DNA of 64,000 nt from Mobula hypostoma (taxonomy: Eukaryota). Position 1 is the stretch's first letter. Every line of letters starts with the position of its first letter. Location of the stretch: positions 116,252,001-116,316,000 of the forward strand of contig NC_086107.1 of NCBI RefSeq assembly GCF_963921235.1, read 5' to 3'. Below are positions 60,101 through 64,000 of the stretch, piece after piece. The translations under genes and the position numbers were made by a program. Below the pieces are notes generated by a model, which saw only the letters and a list, made by a program, of their open reading frames with translations, ran no database searches and was not told where the DNA came from.

Positions 60101-63100
60101 GATCATGAATGTATATTGTGAACAGTTGTGGGCCCAGCACACCACTCACCACTGATTGCCAACCAGAGTAACACCCATGTATCCCAACTCTCTGCTTTCT
60201 GTTACTTAACCAATCCTCTATCCACGCTAATGCATCACCCCCAACTCTATGCATCCTTATCTTATGGATAAGTCTTTTATGTGGCACCTTATCAAATGCC
60301 TTCTGGAAATCCAAGAAATCCATGCTGCATCTGCCTGATGGATCCATTTCTTTCCAGAAGCCTCGCTATTTCTTCTTTAATGATAGCTTCAAGCATTTTC
60401 CCAACTGCAAATGTTAAAATAACTGTCCTTTCGTTACCTGCCTTTTGCCTACATCCTTTGTTGAACAGTGGCGTGACATTCACTGTCTTCTAATCCTCCG
60501 GAACCTGCCCAGAATCCAGAGAATTTTAGTCAATCATCACCAAAGCCTCTACTATAACTTCTGCCATTTCTTTCAGTGCCCTGGGATGCATTCCATCAGG
60601 ACCAGGGGACTTACCTGTCTTCAGGCCCACAAGTTTGCTCAGCGCTACCTCTTTAGTGATAGCAATTGATCGAGGTCATCATCTCCCATCGCATCCATAA
60701 CATCTCTCTTTGGCACGTTAGATGTGTCCTCCACCATGAAGACAGGCACAAAAAAGTAATTCAAAGCCAATATCAATTCTCCAAGGGACCTATATTCACT
60801 TTAGCCACCCTTAGATAAAACAGATAAAAAATGTTTATTATCTGTTTTTATATTTTGTGCTAGTTTATTTTCATAATATAGCTTCCCTTTCTTTCTTGCT
60901 TGCTTAGTGTTTCTTTGTTGCTTTTTAAAGTTTTCCCAAACTTCCAGTTTCCCATTACTCTTGGTGACTTTGTATGCACGAGCTTTTAGTTTGATCCCTT
61001 CTTTTATTTCCTTGGATGTCCACAAGGCTGGCTCTCCCCACCCTTACTGTCCTTGCTTTTAACTGGAATATACCTTTGTTGAGCATGTGAAAAATCCCTT
61101 TGAAAAGTCTTCCACTGTTCCTCAACCATCCCACCATATAGTCTGTATTCCCGGTCTACACTAGCCAAATCCTCCTTCATCCCATTGTTTAGGCATAACA
61201 CACTGGTTTTAGATTGCACCCTCCATGTGTGAGAAATTCAGTCATACTGTGATCACTCTTTCCAAGAGGATCCCTAACTGCAAGATCACTAATTTTACCT
61301 GTCTCATTACACAGGACCAGATCTAAGATAACACGTTCCCTTGTAGGTTCAGTAACATGCTGTTCAAGAAAGCCATCATGGATGCATACTATGAAGTCCT
61401 CCTCAGGACTGCCTCGACCAGCTTGGTTCACCCAATCTATGAGCAAGTTAAAGTCCCCCACGATAACTGTTGTTCCATTCTGTCATGCCTCAGATATTTC
61501 TCTGTTTATTGCCTGTACCACTGTAATGTTGTTATTCGGTGGCTGATAGACAACGCCCGCCAGTGATTTTTTTCCCTTTACTGTTCCTAATCTCTACCCA
61601 AATAGATTCAATGTTCTGCTCCTTGGATCTGATATCTTCTCTCACCATCACCCTGATCTCATCTTTAATTAAGAGCGCTACCCCACCTCCCTTACCTTCC
61701 TGCCTATCCTTCCGTATTACCAGATATCCTTGGATATTTAATTCCCAATCCTTTCCACCCTGCAACCACGTCTCTGTAAGAGCCACTAAATCATACCTCT
61801 TTGTACTGATTTGTGCCACAAGTTCACTGACCTTGTTTCGAATACTACGGGCATTCAGATAAAGGGCCCTTACACTCACTGTGCTTTTAAATTCTTGTAA
61901 TGTTTTGCGCTTGACCTTTCTTCACTCCATTCTTAACTTTTTTTTTTAATCTTTTGCCTTTTTCTTTATCTTTATTCACACTTTTCTTTTTTACTTTATC
62001 CACACTTCTCCAATCTGTTGACCCTCCCCCAATTATTCAGTTTAATGCCCTATCCACAGCCCTAGTTAGCGATTCGCTGGGATCCAGGCCCCATCCCGGT
62101 TCAGGTGGAGCCTGCCCCATTGGTACAGCTTCCTCCTTCCCCAATACTGGTGCCAATTTCCCATGAATTCAAACCCACTTTTCCCACACCGATCCCTAAG
62201 CCACACATTTAATTCTCTAATCTTTTTGACCCTAAACCAATTTGCATGTGGCTCAGGTAGTAATCCAGAGATTGTCACCATTTTGGTTTTGCTTTTTAGT
62301 TTAGTCCCTAGCTGCTCCAATTCCCTCAGCAGAACCTCTTTCCTCGTTCTACCTATGTCATTGGTACCCACATGGACCATGACAACTGGATCTTTCCCCT
62401 CCCACTGCAAATTCCTCTGCAGGTCACGTAAGATGTCCCGAATCCGGACATCAGGCAGGCAACACAGCCTTTGGCACGCTGTATCCTCGTGACAGAGAAC
62501 TCTGTCTACTCCCCTGACTATACTATCCCCAATTACCACTAAATTTCTCTTCTCTCCCGCCTCAGGAATGGCTCCCTGAACCACAGTGCCACAGTTAGGC
62601 TGCTCATCCTTCCTACAGCCCCACCCTCATCCACACAGGGAGCAAGAATCTCAGACCTGCTGGACAAGCTCAAGGGCTGAGACTCCTCTTGGATCCCACT
62701 CCCCACCCCACTCGCAGTCACACCCTCTAGTCCCTGACCACAGACTGAATTTGAAGCAGCTGATCTAACAGGTGTGACTACCTCCTGAAACAGAGAATCC
62801 AGGTAACTCTCCCCCTCCCTGATGTGCTGCAGTGTTTGAAGCTCAGATTCCAGGTCATCAACTTTGAGTCTGAGTTCCTCGAGCCGCCAACACTTGCTGC
62901 AGATGTGGTCACCAGGAACCACAGTGGGGTCCACCAGCTCCCACATGATGCAGCTACAGCACATCACCTGATCCTACATCATCCCTACTTTAGTTAATTA
63001 GCTGTAATTTAGTGACTTTTTATTCAAGCCTTACCTGTGCCTCCTCACTGAAGCACTTCAGCCAAAGCCTCGAGTTCCCACTCCGACACTGGTCCATTCA

Positions 63101-64000
63101 CACAATGGCCGCTCTGCTTTACTTTTATTTGCTCCTCTAATGAATCACGAATCGATTGGTCTGCTGCTAATGCGCTGATCCCCATGAAACGCTCCATTTT
63201 TAAACACTCCTCCCCAACCTGCGCAAAGCTCTCTCTGTGAATTGATTGGCCCACCACTATTGCACCAAGCCCGCAAAATGCTCCCTTTTCAAACTCTTCT
63301 TCTTGACCTGTGCGAAGCGCTCCGTCTCTCTCTCTTTGCGAATTGATTGGTCCATCGCTATTGCCATCTCTCCACCTTCACCCAGTGTTGTCCTTGCCCA
63401 CACTCCCACAATATCTCCATGTCTCGTGATTGCCTGCCCCTTTCTTGAGGTGTTTTGTCTCTCTCGTCTCACCAATTCCCGTCTCCCCATCTCCAATCTC
63501 CCACCTTCACCCATTTCCCATCTCCCACCAGTGAATCTGTACCACTCCCCCCCCATCTCCTGTCTCCCCACTGTCTGTCCCTTTATCCCGTGCCCTGTCT
63601 CTTCCTCATCACCCCCCACCCCCATCTACTGTCTTCACCCATCTGTCTCCTGTCTCGCTTGTCTCACCCTGTCACATCCCATCTCTCGTCTTTACTTGTC
63701 TCCTCTTACCCCGACTCCTGTCTCCCCCTCATCTCCCTGCCCTCCCCCGTATCCCCACCTGACCCCATTTCCCGCGTGTCCTGTCTCTTCCTTGTTTCAC
63801 CGTCTCTGTCATCTTCTGTCTCCGTCTCCACTTCATCACTCCCATCGTCTCCTTGTCTCCCCAGCAGCACTCTGCAGATTTCCTTACTGTAACTTTTCAT
63901 TCTCTGCCTCCCTCCCCAGGACTGTGGACGGGGCAACTGCCCTTGCTGCCCCCTCTGTGACTGTGCCTGTGCCTTCCAGCTGCCCGACTGTGAGACCACC
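54114..64000 (+). CDS. Uncharacterised single-pass membrane protein with Cys-rich tail (partial, 3' end outside the window)
   Basis: Exons 54078-54143 (in-frame ATG at 54114 after an in-frame TGA), 58044-58184 (alternative ATG at 58053), 59009-59155 and 63920->64000. All have polypyrimidine-AG acceptors, the first three have GTGAG donors, and the joins are phase 0. Product: [133 protein letters not shown]... Confidence 0.78.
54440..57895 (-). mobile_element. Nest of decayed CR1 fragments (outer minus copy, plus-strand fragment ~55560-55636 + 57260-57780)
   Basis: Minus-strand [11 protein letters not shown] and [15 protein letters not shown]; plus-strand 3' UTR at ~57700-57775. Confidence 0.7.
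55637..57259 (-). mobile_element. 5'-truncated CR1, innermost of the nest
   Basis: [31 protein letters not shown] with a few stops; ccatagaa repeat tail at 55637. Confidence 0.85.
58164..58588 (+). repeat. 60/49-bp tandem array containing the exon end and splice donor (8 copies)
   Basis: Unit atcgttcgtcagtggctgctg|GTGAGG...aacgagggatggtttgga; GT at 58185, 58245, 58305, 58354, 58403, 58452, 58501 and 58561. Confidence 0.92.
59244..63360 (-). mobile_element. Near full-length decayed CR1 (5' UTR, ORF1 zinc-finger/coiled-coil/SGNH, ORF2 APE-RT)
   Basis: CCSCIMWEL...[59 protein letters not shown]; tail agaacataagaaataggagc at ~59250. Confidence 0.88.

Overview
Vertebrate genomic DNA, most likely a cartilaginous fish (inferred from the repeat content, not proven). 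It holds three + strand spliced genes. (1) A complete fructose-bisphosphate aldolase of A type: 8 coding exons, 2125-6782, 364 aa. (2) A complete PPP4C: 8 coding exons, 11755-39781, 307 aa, next to the aldolase as at human 16p11.2. (3) An uncharacterised gene for a small single-pass membrane protein with a very cysteine-rich tail: CCAAT-rich promoter at ~52.3-52.7 kb, exons at 54078, 58044, 59009 and 63920, running off the window end. Introns and intergenic DNA are filled with G-rich minisatellites and nested transposons: CR1, L1-clade, Tx1-clade, Rex1/Babar-like, Penelope, hAT, Tigger, Tc1 and V-SINE. The most notable observations are: the unannotated Cys-rich membrane gene, with an 8-copy tandem array of its own splice donor; a Penelope fragment carrying a minimal hammerhead ribozyme in the sense strand of a PPP4C intron; a full-length Tx1 element inserted in a 52-bp intronic satellite whose units carry branch-point motifs; and a 1.25-kb near-perfect inverted pair of CR1 insertions. 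All calls were made by eye, with no database searches.
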